Below are positions 51,560-63,808 of a stretch of DNA of 64,000 nucleotides, in pieces. The notes beneath the pieces were generated by a model, which was not told where the DNA came from, did no database searches, and worked only from the letters and a program-made list of their open reading frames with translations. Each line of letters begins with the position of its first letter. Position 1 is the stretch's first letter. Origin of the DNA: Iphione sp. A-MEVVRFRX5 (lineage: Eukaryota); contig OZ320316.1 in the NCBI GenBank assembly GCA_976226885.1, positions 38,006,001-38,070,000 on the forward strand, given 5' to 3'. A program made the translations under genes and the position numbers.

Positions 51560-51560
<1 letters not shown>
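51105..51560. mobile_element. MITE family F, copy flanked by microsatellites
   Basis: TA|TAGTCAAATG left end; collinear similarity to 63179-63808; degenerate right end CAATTGGCATA. Confidence 0.72.

Positions 51561-51635
<75 letters not shown>
51561..51635. repeat. (GA)n(GACA)n compound microsatellite
   Basis: Seen directly; abuts the right end of the family-F MITE. Confidence 0.95.
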
Positions 51636-51636
<1 letters not shown>

Positions 51637-52075
51637 ACTACGTTGCTGGACTTGAAGTTTAATTGCAGATTCCTAGATCGCCTGCTGGCATAGGAGGTTT
51701 GCATTGCACATGTTACCGTATCGGTGTAATGATTACTTTACCATATCCTAGAAACCTGTACATCGACACATTTGAAAGCAACTATGGATTTGTGAGAGGT
51801 TTTGAATCAGCTTCCTCTTTAACAAACACATTAGTTACGTGATCCCTTTTGTTATGTTGCTTCCTGTACGGTCCAGCCGAATCGACAGATCAATAAGATA
51901 TTCTTGTAACATGTTGTGTAAGGTCTAGCAGTCCTACACATACGAATCGACATGCCTGTGGTGTTTCTAATCTATGAGAGAAAGCGGCCTTTTGTTATAT
52001 GTTTCATACATCGGAAGAGTCGTTCAAAATTTCATCAACAGGTGGGTAGGTCCACTTACACTCGGTCCTACTCAC

Positions 52076-52195
52076 GTGAGCAGTTGGTGGGCGTGCAGGC
52101 TGCCTGGCATGACGAAGGCTGTGCGACGACAAATGCTGTAAGCAAACCATGACCAGCAAGAATGCAGCCCGGGCCGATCGCCATCGACATCCAGG
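52076..52195 (-). other. Candidate 120-nt exon encoding a signal-peptide-like sequence
   Basis: Acceptor gcctttgtctgcag| (AG at 52197-52196) and donor CAC|GTGAGT (52075-52070). ATG at 52190 opens MSMAIGPGCILAGHGLLTAFVVAQPSSCQAACTPTNCS, ending in phase 1. Confidence 0.35.
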
Positions 52196-53411
52196 CTGCA
52201 GACAAAGGCGATTCTTCGGTTCTGCCTGTTCTACTTCTGCTTATGAAATGCGCCTCGGTGAAACTATCGGTATACCTTATAATATGGTGGAGCTATTCTA
52301 CCAAGCATTCAGATAAAATGTTACATGTAAATGTAACGTACATGTACATGTATGTGAGCATTCAAAGACATGCTGTGTAAATAGTATATTCATAATGATA
52401 TAATTGTGTACATTGTTTACTGTCCTGGTTACTTCCTATGGAAATGCACTATGTTACAACAGATGACGTTGTTATGCTCTTCTCAACCGCCACTCGCTGT
52501 ACAATTTTTGTGGCTGTATATGCACAAGTCACTGTAGTCTAAGTTAATGGTCTGTTTTGCATGGAACTAATAAAATAAGTATGTTCCTCCTGAGTATTGG
52601 TAACAATGGCAATCGGCTTGTCCCCCTTGGCACCGTGTGAGCAGGCTTACAGTTGTAGATCCCATGACGCCCTCGCAGTACTCCTCCAACTTTAAGTATA
52701 TATACCTAGGCACTACTCTTCGTCAAATTCCTGTTACCCGTCCTTCGTACGTCTTGTGAATAAGGTTATAGGTCCTCCCTTCTTCACTATACATTAGTAT
52801 TTCATATCTTAATGTTCACACTGCAGAGGTACATGTTAGCAGGAACTGCAAAAAGTGCATCCGTTGCCCTAGAAGAAAAGGTGGATGGAGAACCATTGCG
52901 ATATCATTTTGATCAATTGCCTCGATATAAGAGACCATGTCAATATAATGTCATCGAGGAGAAAAAATAGAATCTGACGATGCCATAATGACGGTTGAAT
53001 GTGGCAGTGGCCTTCTCGATAAGGGTTGCTTTCTTTACCTGACTGATATAAATGTGCTTGCCAATATTGTGAAGCAGAGTTGCGGCCTGACGCAGGAGGG
53101 CTAAACGCATCCCCAACCTTGGACCATCGCTCTGTGGTGGCATTGTCTTTTCATCTCACTCTAATTTAGCATTTTGTCATGAAAATGGTACATTAAGAAA
53201 ATATGTATACAGTGTGCGTGTATAACTGGCCAAACGAGGTCAGCTTGACAGACATGCAGAACTTGACCGACAGGCTCGTTCTGCTCCATCCATCAAGTTC
53301 AGTTTGCCTGGTTATACCATCGAACCCCGATTTGCGACCACATTCATTTGCGACTTTCCTCATTAATACGACCCCCGAGGTGAGGACTTAAGTCTTGATA
53401 TCTCATATTAG

Positions 53412-53494
53412 CAGTGTTCAACTCGTGACCATTCTCACTAATATGACCACTTGAATTTGGACCTGAGTTCTGGTCACAAATAGAGGTTCCACTA
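53412..53494. mobile_element. Truncated Tc1/pogo-type MITE
   Basis: Right end AGAGGTTCCACTA|TA matches family E; internal GACCAC and TGGTC motifs; left end degenerate. Confidence 0.5.
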
Positions 53495-53874
53495 TACATG
53501 CACACTATATATATATACATATTCAGTTTATTATATGGCCATGCCGATACAAAGAAAGTGTTTACATGCTAATTGATGCAGAAATGTTAAATCAATATGA
53601 CCGAGATATGGATGTCTCCTTGGTTTGGATTTTTAACATATAAATATCATATGAAAAGTGACTTTTGTATACATAAAAGCCGCATAATGGGACTAATTTT
53701 AGTACATCTACATATGTCAGAAGCATAATTTAGTTAATTTATTACCTTATGAAGGCTTTTTGTGTATCTTCTCTGAAAATACGCTGTCTGCCATCTTGGA
53801 TGACTGTGTGCTTTTGTCACTCTTTAGTGGGGCATTGAGGTCATATGGCTGCTTATAACAATATAAATGTCGAT

Positions 53875-53888
53875 GTGTGTGTGTGTGC

Positions 53889-53930
<42 letters not shown>
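53875..53930. repeat. (GT)n(GA)n compound microsatellite
   Basis: Seen directly. Confidence 0.95.
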
Positions 53931-53934
<4 letters not shown>

Positions 53935-55224
53935 AAGATGCTAAAATAGAATGTAAAAAATGACTTTCTTCTATTCCATAAAGAACTGATAGAGGCACAA
54001 CGGCAGGTGGTCCATGCACTCCTATACGTGCACAGTGTGCCATACATGGGTGTGTATTGACTTCCTCACAGCAGTCAGTATTTACGGTCTGTATCGGCAT
54101 AGCCATGTATCAAACGTTTCTATGTATTGTATGAACATGAAATAAAAACCCTATAAGCACTGTGTTATTACTCTCCCCCCACCCAACATTTCTCAGCATA
54201 TATAACCCCAATGACTGCATTCAAGAAGTCTGAAACCTACGAGTGCGTTAGAAGTTCCAGGCCCACGCCAGGTTTTAGAGATTTAATACACGTTTTAACA
54301 AAGATTTTCTTGCCTAGAAAGCCATTCAACAAATCTAATGATATATCTTGATAATATACTAAGTGGTTTGAAAATGGCCTATCCCAGAATGTCTATGACG
54401 ATGCGCATAAAGATGACTAAATTGTTTATTTGAAAAAAGACTTTGCTGTGTGTCCTAAAAATACCCATCTTTGGCTGCTTAGGAAATTCAGAGACAGGAG
54501 TTCCTTTCTCTCTCTTAAACACTTTTTTCGAGAGGAGCCTTCTTTGTGTACAACGAACTTGGAGCGTAGGTCAGATCCACTGCTAATGGACAGAGCAGGA
54601 GATTAGGTCTCCTAGTTTGTTAGGGAATCGATTATTCTTAGCTTTCCGGTCGAACAGAATCTTTTATTTTAACGGTAGTACAAGTTGGTGGAAAGGCAAA
54701 TCAGATAAATCTAGAAATGGGATCACAAATCGCTTAAACGCCGTCAATATGCATTAAATCTGCCGTTACTGGAAAATACAATTCTCAACACAGCTTCCCT
54801 GTAGTAAGATATACGAGTTCATGTTAGTTCATCAACAATGTTTCTTAAATACCACTTGGTAATACATTATTCATGGAGGTTTATCCCAAAATGTTACGTG
54901 GATTACATACATTGTACACACGGCAAGCATACGGAAATGAGAGTTTGTGATTGGTCCACACGAAATGTACAGATGTAGTAAAACGATTTGTGGTAAAACA
55001 AACCAGGTTTTGTGTCCATAAAATAACTAATTGCCAAACTAATGATTGTCATTAAGTCCACTGTCTATTGTTCACGCTAAGGTTATATACTTGCATGCTG
55101 GAGACTAGCTCGAATGAGGAACAAAAAGAAATGCAGCATTTCATCGTGATCAGCACACAGGTGTGTGTAGTTTTGATTGTTTGCAATATATATTTAATAG
55201 TGTGCACCAGTAAACACTAAGTTA

Positions 55225-55539
55225 GGCCCCCAAAATATCTGTGTTTCTGGTAACATGCTGAAAAAGTATAGGGTCAGTCGTTAGATACTATTTGCTTTTA
55301 TTTGACCCTAGAAACTTCCCAGTGAAAAGGTTATACAGTACTTAACAGTTATAGAACTATCACTTCTACTGCTTGGATCTTCATGTGAAAGTTTATGATG
55401 TAAGGAACACAATGATGTATTGAATAAACATTATCCATTCTAAAGATACTCCCAAAACAATAAATAAATTAAAAGTTCAATGGGCAGAAAAAAATCAGGG
55501 TTAGTTGGGTTACAGGAAACAGAGATATTTTAATAGGCC
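55225..55539. mobile_element. PIF/Harbinger-type MITE related to family B
   Basis: TTA|GGCCCCCAAAATATCTGTGTTTCTGGTAAC...GTTACAGGAAACAGAGATATTTTAATAGGCC|TTA. Confidence 0.8.
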
Positions 55540-55922
55540 TTAATAACAAATTAAACAGGAGATGTTATATGGTACGTTGCTAATTGGTAATCTGCACCAT
55601 GTGGACGTGTTACCTTGTGAAGACGGATACCATATTGCTTAAATTTAAATCTCAAAGCATATAGTTTCATTTATAGGTGTTGAAAAGTTCATTATCCCAA
55701 GCAAAAGGTGTTGGCATGTATTAGCTCTCTTCATACAATGGAAAAACGTCAGTAAGCAGATTGAAATGTGTCTTCCGTTTTTCAATTCCGATTTGGTAGC
55801 ATTGTGTATCTAATTGTTTTTCTATGCAAGAACATCAATTTTACAAAATAATGAATAAATGCCAGATGGTGACACATCAGAAGAAGCATCACAGAGCAGA
55901 AAGTGCTGTCAATCATACATTA

Positions 55923-56098
55923 CAGGCCCGTAGCCAGTGGCGGGGGGATATTGGGGGCATCGTCCAATACCCCCACAAGAATTTCAGCTTACAGCTAGAC
56001 ATCTATAGAGATGGTTGCCTGGTGTTCCACCTCTGGGGCATTGGGGGTATCATCCGATACCCCCCCCCCCCCCACAAAACTTCTTGGCTATGGGCCTG
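55923..56098. mobile_element. MITE family D, second copy
   Basis: CAGGCCCGTAGCCAG...CTTGGCTATGGGCCTG flanked by CATTA (55918-55922 and 56099-56103). Internal GGGGG..TC.TCC.ATACCCCC motifs. Confidence 0.82.
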
Positions 56099-56724
56099 CA
56101 TTACAGAGATAGCATGATCTAGCGCACTTGGCCTGAGGGATTCAGTCTATGCATGCGCCTTTGCGTTGTATGGCGATACGGTCAAATCTATGCATTTTAG
56201 GGAACTTACGGCCTCTACTGGATCTCTACATATAGGAAATATACAGAAAACGGATCGAGTTTTCTATTTTAAAAACGCCGACATGCTGAATTAATTCCTG
56301 TGTGCATTATTATACCAACGCACAGCCGTATAAGTTGCTCACACTGTCTAACCCAGTGGCTGGAATTTCACCATAGCAACGTACCGACATACAAATGTAC
56401 ACATCCATGGGTGATACCCCTTATACTCTGTGTTACAGACGCTGCTAGTGCGGGAGGCTAGCCTTGGTGTAAGATATTCGGATGCGACCCACACAATATC
56501 CTTCACCCACCCCCACCCCCTTTCTGCGTTCCTCAACTGCAAGCCAAAGGGTGCATCTTGTCCCATATGACAACTGTTCAGAACGAAGCCATGTCACTTA
56601 ACTGTTGGTCATTGATTAGAAGTACATGGTCTGACGATAAATACTACTCGGCGAAGCTGCAGCCTACATCGGTACTCCAGTAGGAAGATGCATGTTCGCT
56701 CCCAAGGTCAGAGGCAGTCGTTAT

Positions 56725-56964
56725 CTAGGACTGCAGCCCGCTTGGACCGGAACCGTCTGACGCCGACGTGAGCGCCTGCTGCGATGACGACGACTTGTCC
56801 CGTTGTGACCGGAAATCCATGGGACCGGCCTTGTCTGGCGGGTTCCTGTAGAGTTTGCAGCAGCACCACCAACTGCAGCAGCAAATGATAATCAGCGCAA
56901 AGAAGAAGCCAAAACCTAGGGCTAAGCCTAAGATCATCTCCGTTGTCATCCGGAAGCCCGCCAT
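56725..56964 (-). CDS. 79-aa single-pass membrane peptide with a juxtamembrane Cys cluster (or last exon of a larger type-I membrane protein)
   Basis: Strong acceptor ttttttgtctcctctcag| ending at 56974, then AAACATGG at 56964. Hydrophobic ILGLALGFGFFFALIII is followed by CCCSWWCCCK and a polar tail ending in TAG. GC-rich island in AT-rich DNA. Confidence 0.7.
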   Translation of the reverse strand: MAGFRMTTEMILGLALGFGFFFALIIICCCSWWCCCKLYRNPPDKAGPMDFRSQRDKSSSSQQALTSASDGSGPSGLQS

Positions 56965-57409
56965 GTTTGGTTCCTGAGAGGAGACAAAAAATACAGAAGT
57001 TAAAGGAAATGAGTTTAAGCACAGACTAATGGTCGATATCTATTACTCTGTGGAAAAGGTGTGCATCTAACTGTAGTGCAGTCTCTCAGAATTGGTCATA
57101 AGGTACCAAACGCTTGACCCCTCGATCATTTGAGGATGTTATGAGGCTCTCGACTTAGGATATGTGGATTGTAAGACATAGATTGTGTTTTCCATGTGTG
57201 TGTATGTGTGTGTGCATAGTAGGTGCATGGTGTATGAGTGTGAGGATTTGCACACTATAACGTAACCGAACTGTTTCCATCTATGTAGTGCATGTGCGCA
57301 TTTTTCTGGTGAGTGTGATTTCGAAAGTCTGAAAGGGCAAGTGTACCACTGCGTTCACATATGCGTGCACCCATACACGAGTAGAACATGGAAGTAAATC
57401 TTACGTTAA

Positions 57410-60400
57410 GAGGTATCTGTATACAATCATAACAATTTACATATTACTTGCATAAAAACGATACAGTTTACAAAATTAGGCTGGTTTTCCATGTAAGTGT
57501 GTCATCATGATATGTATGGGCATGTTTTCAACATGTTTTGGGGGGATAATGTTAACAAAAGGAGTGATTGTGCGCATGCATGCATGTAGTGTGTAGCATA
57601 GAGGTATGGGCCATGTTCCCGAAATGGAAAATGTTCAATTTTTCATGGAAACACAGCCATGTTTTTCCTAGCAGTATATGAAAAGTGATGATCAACGAGT
57701 ACATGTATTCTTAACTATGTTTCATGCAATAAAGAACCTATGTGACCCATTTTGGAGAATGAGTCAGAAGTCATAGGGGCTAAAACTGAGATATGGGCCT
57801 CTGAAGTTAGAAGTCGGTCAAATTATGCAAAATGGTTTTTTATTTTTTTCATATCTATTGTGTTTGAAGTTTATTATATCTAAATATTCCATGATGACCT
57901 TAATTTTTTGCAATATTGCTCTCAGTTTGGAGGTGCTTGAGTGCAAAAACACAAAAGGACCCTTACCTGGGCTATTTTCCCAAATTTCAGCTGCTCCCCT
58001 TGTGGTCCTCCCATCATCCCAGCCCCACTTCCCAGATACCTGCTGAAAGCGCATAAAGTTCTCTAGCCAGTGACGCCTTCAGATTTTGGAAGTCCATTCT
58101 TTTGGACCAATGACAAGGCATTTCATGTGTCATCATGTAAGCAATCATTGCCATGAAGGTCATGTGTAGTGAATGCAGTGGTCTGATTGGTCGAGAGCCT
58201 CCAGCATACCTTTTGGGGGTCAGTTTAAATGTCTGGCTCTGCCATGAGTGGACTTATTTCTCTACTGTAGCAGTGGATGATAATTAATAGAGATGGAAAT
58301 AACATAGCGTTTGGATGCAAAATTGTCTGGGAACAACCAGACATGGCAATGGATTGGGCTCATGTCTTGGTGGGCCAACTTACAAGGCATGGCTGCAGAG
58401 GCAAAATGGCAGAATCCAGTCAATGAGTACTTTCTCGATGAGGAGGAGATGGAGGAGGGAATGGTGGAGGAGGATCCTCTCAAGGAAGCAGAAGAATAAT
58501 CTAAGGAAGGGGAGGAACTCTTAGTGGAGGTTGGCATTCCACTGGTAGTCACTGATCTTACAGACAAGATCCTGAAAAATTAGTGGACTCACTGCAAAAA
58601 TTTCAGCTGAGTTTTGTTTAATCTGCCATAAAGGCGACTTGTGGTTGCTTCCATCAATATAAGGAAAGCCTGTCTGAAACATTGTCTTTGTAGTTGTAAA
58701 TCCCCTTTGAGATTTTAAAATATTTTCTGAACATGCTAGAATAGCTTTTCACTTTATATATATTTCATTTGTATTTAGGGCTATTTTAGAATTTCCTAAA
58801 CTACGGAAAACTGACCACTGGAACATTTCTGGTAGGTGTTCTTGTACGCATTGTAATGATGATAACTTTAGCAAACAGTTTATGATGACTGAGTTGGCAG
58901 GAGATAGAAGGACATTTTCTAGTTCTACTCAGGTACTTTTTGTTTCCCAAATTGTTGTAAAACTTGTTGAGACTAGTAACAACCATTATGCAATTGTTAG
59001 TGAAAATGCATAGCTCAGAAGTTCTCTTTATTCTGATATCTATCAAACATTATTTTCAACTTGTTGTCAGTTTCACCCATGCCAGAAAAAACAATCCCGA
59101 GTCAATCCTATCCATGTCCATCAGAGGTCATGTATACCCATCTCTTCCAGGGAAAAAGGACATGCTACTGTGAGGCATAAGCAGTGTCACTGACAATAGT
59201 GTCATGACATCAACATGGAAGAAGGGGGAAAAGGGGAAGCATGAAAGGCATGCTTCATACAGCCACTAAATGGTTGGCTCCAAGGTCATTTGCAGGGACA
59301 CCTTTAGTTCATGTATGCGTGAGTATCTTTCATCCTTGCACTCCTATTTCCCCCATGTTAAATGGTCTGGCAGCAGACAGTCTAAAAGTAAAATCTTCTA
59401 CCTTGCTGACATTGAGAGAGTTGTATGTATCATCACCTTGTATGCAGGGACCAATGCCCTTGTCTTCCCTGGCCATGTACTAGCCACAAGTGCGATGAAG
59501 TCCTCCTCCCCCCCTCCACATCTGGAACCAAGGCCAACATCTACAAAGGTGTGTAGTAGACTCTACATTCTGGGACCTGTGGATGCAACTTCTCCCCTGT
59601 ATAGTTTGTTCCCACCTGAGAACTGACCTATGTTGGGAATGTCAATGCAACTACAGGGACAGAGAGGGAATTTTATCAGAACATGGTAAGGAATGCAAAG
59701 ACTGCCTATCAGGAAGTCAAGTGCCTGACTCTTGGGCCACACCTACTCTGTTCTGCTGATATAGCTACCCACATCAGTTTCCACTATGCCGAGCAGGTCC
59801 ACCTGCTCTTCTCCCAAATGCAGCCAGGTCCACTGTATTTTCTACTCCTACAGAAGCTAGACATCTTTGTGGTGTGTAATGAGGCTATACCCAATCGTCT
59901 TATAGATTAGGGACACTGTGACAGTAAGGGGGCAGATCCCATCATCTCCTAACTGCATCACTATTTTGAGAAGTTTGATCTGGGGTCATACTCTGTTGAT
60001 CTGCACTGTGACAACTGCAGTGGCTAGAACAAGAGCAAATATGTGCTAACCTCATATGGATATATATCTCATATGTAGGGTCATCACTGGTCATCACAGA
60101 ACAACCACCCTTAACTTTCTCATAACTGGCCACATGAAGTTTGCCCCGGACTGGTCCTTCAGTTAGCTGAACCAGAACTTTTGGCATGAGCCTGTCTCTA
60201 GCTTATCAGAGATAACTCAAACAGTACTGAAGAAAACATGTACCCAGGATCAGGTTAACATTCGCCAACTCATCAGTGATAAGTCAGGGAATGTTGAAGT
60301 CCATCATATGACTGGCAAACTTTCCTCTCACCTCCAGTGTTTGCAAGGTATTAAGCAGCATTACCATTTTGAGTTCTCAAAGCAGAACCCTGGGTTTTTT

Positions 60401-61205
60401 TCCTACCACCTGTATGCAGACAGCAAGCCACACACTTTCAAGATGCTAAGTGTTATCCCCAAAGCTGTCCCCAGGAACACCCCCTTTACCTGTTCCATCC
60501 CCTGGTTTGTCCACCAAGAGACAGGGGTATCTGTTCAAGAACATCAGAGACTTCTGTGCAGAGGAGATCAATGACATCATGTGCTGAAAGCCCTCAGTTC
60601 CTGAGCCTGCTCTGACAGGAGCAGATTCAAACCCAGAGCCAGAACCAGCTCCATGCTCAGCTCAGGAACTTGCTGATGACGGCCCTGCACGAGGCGGGGG
60701 CAGGGACAGAGGCAGAGGCAGGAGATGTTCAGACAAATGAAGAGCTCCAACTTAATCTAGCACTCTAACTCTGAGCCAGAGCTACAACCACAAGCTAAGC
60801 ATGCTAAAAGTCATGGTCAACCAAAAAAAGACTGGATGAACCTGTTCCACTGATTATGTTTGAATGCCTGCTAGACTAGAATTAAATGTCAACTTGACTA
60901 AACTCAAAAACCACAAGTGGTTGTTCCATAATTTGTACAAAGACTTTACTCAAGACAGTTCATATTATTATTTTAGTATAAGCTCTAAGACTGTGTTTTT
61001 AATTAAGCCAAGACAATCATGAATGCTTACAAGGAATATCTTTTCAAGACCAGGGTCAACCTACAGCCCTTTTTGAGCTTCTGGATGAAGGTACAGCCTG
61101 ACGTCCCAATTACAGACAGCCAGCGTTCTGCCTCAAATTGTCTAAATTTCAGACGTGTCCTGATTACAGATCTACTAGTAGGATATGACTTTGGGGTCAA
61201 ACCTC
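57410..61205 (+). mobile_element. Decayed Sola-like DNA transposon (DUF7869-type DDE transposase), 3.8 kb
   Basis: Plus-strand pieces 59.4-60.3 kb: NALVFPG, LLPPSTSGTKANIY, TDLCWECQ, ISFHYAEQVH...QPGPLYFL, HCDNCSG*NKSKY, FLITGHMKFAPDWSF. Ends are TTAA|GAGGT (57406-57414) and ACCTC|TTAA (61201-61209), with a 13/22 terminal match. The Sola assignment rests on recalled motifs. Confidence 0.7.
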
Positions 61206-61240
61206 TTAATGCTTTCCCCTTCTCCCTTTCTCTCTATAAT

Positions 61241-61385
61241 GTAAGAGTCCAAAAATTGCTGAATTTAATGAGTAAGAGTCCTAAAAGTGCTGAATTTAAC
61301 GAGTAAGAGTCCTAAAAGTGCAGAATTTGATGCGTAAGAGTCCTAAAAGTGCAGAATTTGATGCGGAAGAGTCCTAAAAGAATTT
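61241..61385. repeat. 31-bp minisatellite (GTAAGAGTCCTAAAAGTGCTGAATTTAATGA), about 4.5 copies
   Basis: Seen directly. The unit resembles internal family-F sequence (AAGTCCTAAAAGTGCCGAATTT at about 51225; AAGCCCTAAAAGTGGCAAATTT at about 63413). Confidence 0.9.
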
Positions 61386-63178
61386 ACACCAGGAATTGGC
61401 AGGTTTAGATAGCTGATAAGCAGGTTTAGACTGTGGACGAGGTGTTGTTGCACGTTGATCTTCCAGATGCCTTCTTTGCATATTTAAAAACCAAAAATGC
61501 TACCTCAATTAGGTTCAGAAATATCCATAGCTATCATTGACTGCAATGCTAGACAGTTTGTCTATGGATCCAACTCCTGCCACATGTGAAACATATGCTC
61601 TGACTGGCCAGTCAAAGTGATCAATCAATTCATAGCAACTTGTACAGTTATTTGCTGTTGTGCAAGTCGTGTAAATTGTTATTATAATAAAACAAAGCTA
61701 AAAGTGGTGTAGCAGAGCCATCCATATTAGCAGCCCTTTGCACGTAAGACAACCCAGACAAAGGTATGTTTTATGGTCTGTACAAATCCATGACCTGGGC
61801 TATACAACTGTTTACATGGGTATACACAGGGGGATCAACTATTCTGGTGAAGCGTAATTGCCTATTTTAATTCCATGCGAAACGTTATTCACCTTTACAA
61901 ATATGTGCGAAGTGTTATAAAACATTTACTGGTGAACAGTATTTAAGAAACAATTCTTGGTGAAGCGTTATTTCCTCTTTCTTTAAGCGTTATGCATGTT
62001 TGTAATTCTTGGTCATACGTTATTGGGTACCCCCTGACCCCCCTGTGTATACCTTCATAGAACCTAGTGGTGTGGCCTATCCAGATCTGTGTACAGGGCC
62101 GTACAACCAACGTTTCCTGGAAAGGCCCCCTTAATGGCAATAATTACTCATATAAGCACATGTATAGGTGATTTGTATAATAATACAATTACATAATAAT
62201 CGAGGAGTTGATTATGTCATTGCAAATACATACCAGTCACAGAAGAACAGACCAGTATGACTGGTATGTGCCAGCCAAGAATACCTTTCACCCTTAGTTG
62301 AAGTATGAATGCTGAAGTTGACTAATTTTCTATCATAAGTGAATTAGTCTTATATCATTACGGCTTTTGCTAAGTGATACCCATTGAAGTGTGCTGATCA
62401 CGATCGGTTCAGCTATGTATATGTACATAGAGTAAATATACATATTTTTCAATAATTGTCTTTTTAAGAGACGTCTCAATAAACGTCAAGATTTGAATCT
62501 TTAAACACAGTGGTTTCAATCAACATATGCGTGTACACTTTTTATGTTTAGTATATAATGTAGAACGGAAAAATATATGCTCCATTTTTAGTTAAGGAGA
62601 ACGATTTAATATGATATAAAAGACCAGTTAATAGGACTGGGGAATTCATGGTACGAGCTGAACTACACGTATTAGTCATCGTGTATGAGATGTCATATTA
62701 GTTTTAGTAACCGTGCTCCTCTCAGTTGAGTCCTATTGGCGGTTCCAGGTCAGATGTAAAATTGTTTTGTTTGTGTGTCCGTGTACGTTCGTTTTACTGT
62801 AACATCGAAAAGCACTGAAACTTCACAATAAATATATTATATAAGTTTGCCGTCCTATATTATCAGCAATCTCAAGTAAAATGTTATCTCACTGGCTATA
62901 CCTCTGTGTTTGTTGTTTATTTTTATATTTCCTGCATCTGTTTCGGATTGACACCCAGGTTGGAGATATTTTCCTTATTTAATGTGGGAGAAACCCCCAC
63001 AGCGAGCCTTTCCCCAATTTTTCATGAATTAAAGGTGTCTTTAGCATAGCCTCCAGTAAAAAGTTGTCATATTTTTATTCGTCAAAGGTATCTTTAGTCT
63101 AACCTCCAGTAAATGTTCACTTTTTTTATATTATTTCATATTCTTCTTTGCAGTTTTTAACACGGTTCATTATTCATA

Positions 63179-63808
63179 TAGACAAATGTCAGTTTGCAAC
63201 CACCCTTTTGTCCTGAGCTCAAGTAATCACATTAGTGGTTTTGGTCACACAGTGGTCTGAGTTCATTTGTTACAAAAAGTGGTCAATTTGATTAGTAAAA
63301 TTGCAATATGCAGTAAAGGACTTTACTTATAGGACTTTAAGCTGATGACTTAAAGTCCTATAAGTTGTAAATTACACAAGCAAAATTCATGAAAGCAGTG
63401 TATTGGCAATAAAAGCCCTAAAAGTGGCAAATTTAACAAGTAAAAGTCCAAACAACATGCAGTGAATTTGATGACTAGAAATCCCAAAAGTGGTGAATTT
63501 TCTATGAGTATGGACATCTCAGGGGTTGTGGTGATACCTCCTGCGGTATAAACTTGCTGGTGTGCTATCTAAACCCGCCGATACACAATCTAAACCCGCC
63601 AATTTTGGTCGCTCTCACAAATCTGCCCATAAACTCAACAACCCTAAGATATGTGGTCGCAGGGTTGTTTGGTCAGAAAGCAGTCTTGTCACAACATGAT
63701 ACTTTGATATATAGGTTAACAGAGGCAAATATTTCCATCCCGAGCTCATATGGTCGTATTTAGGGCTTTTGTCACTAAATAGTATGATCAGAAACCGACA
63801 TTTGGCTA
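63179..63808. mobile_element. MITE family F (TA|TAG.CAAATGTC.GTTT...AAACCGACATTTGGCTA|TA)
   Basis: About 17-bp TIR with 2 mismatches and TA flanks. Body similar to 51105-51560 (TTAGTGGTTTTGGTC, TGGACATCT, CAACCCTAAGAT, GCTCA..TGGTCGTATTT). Confidence 0.8.

Noticed and set aside
56708-57022. Alternative 104-aa frame over the microprotein exon
   Set aside because: Its start lies in the intronic pyrimidine tract and it lacks a clean TM helix or start context; the 79-aa frame explains the island better.
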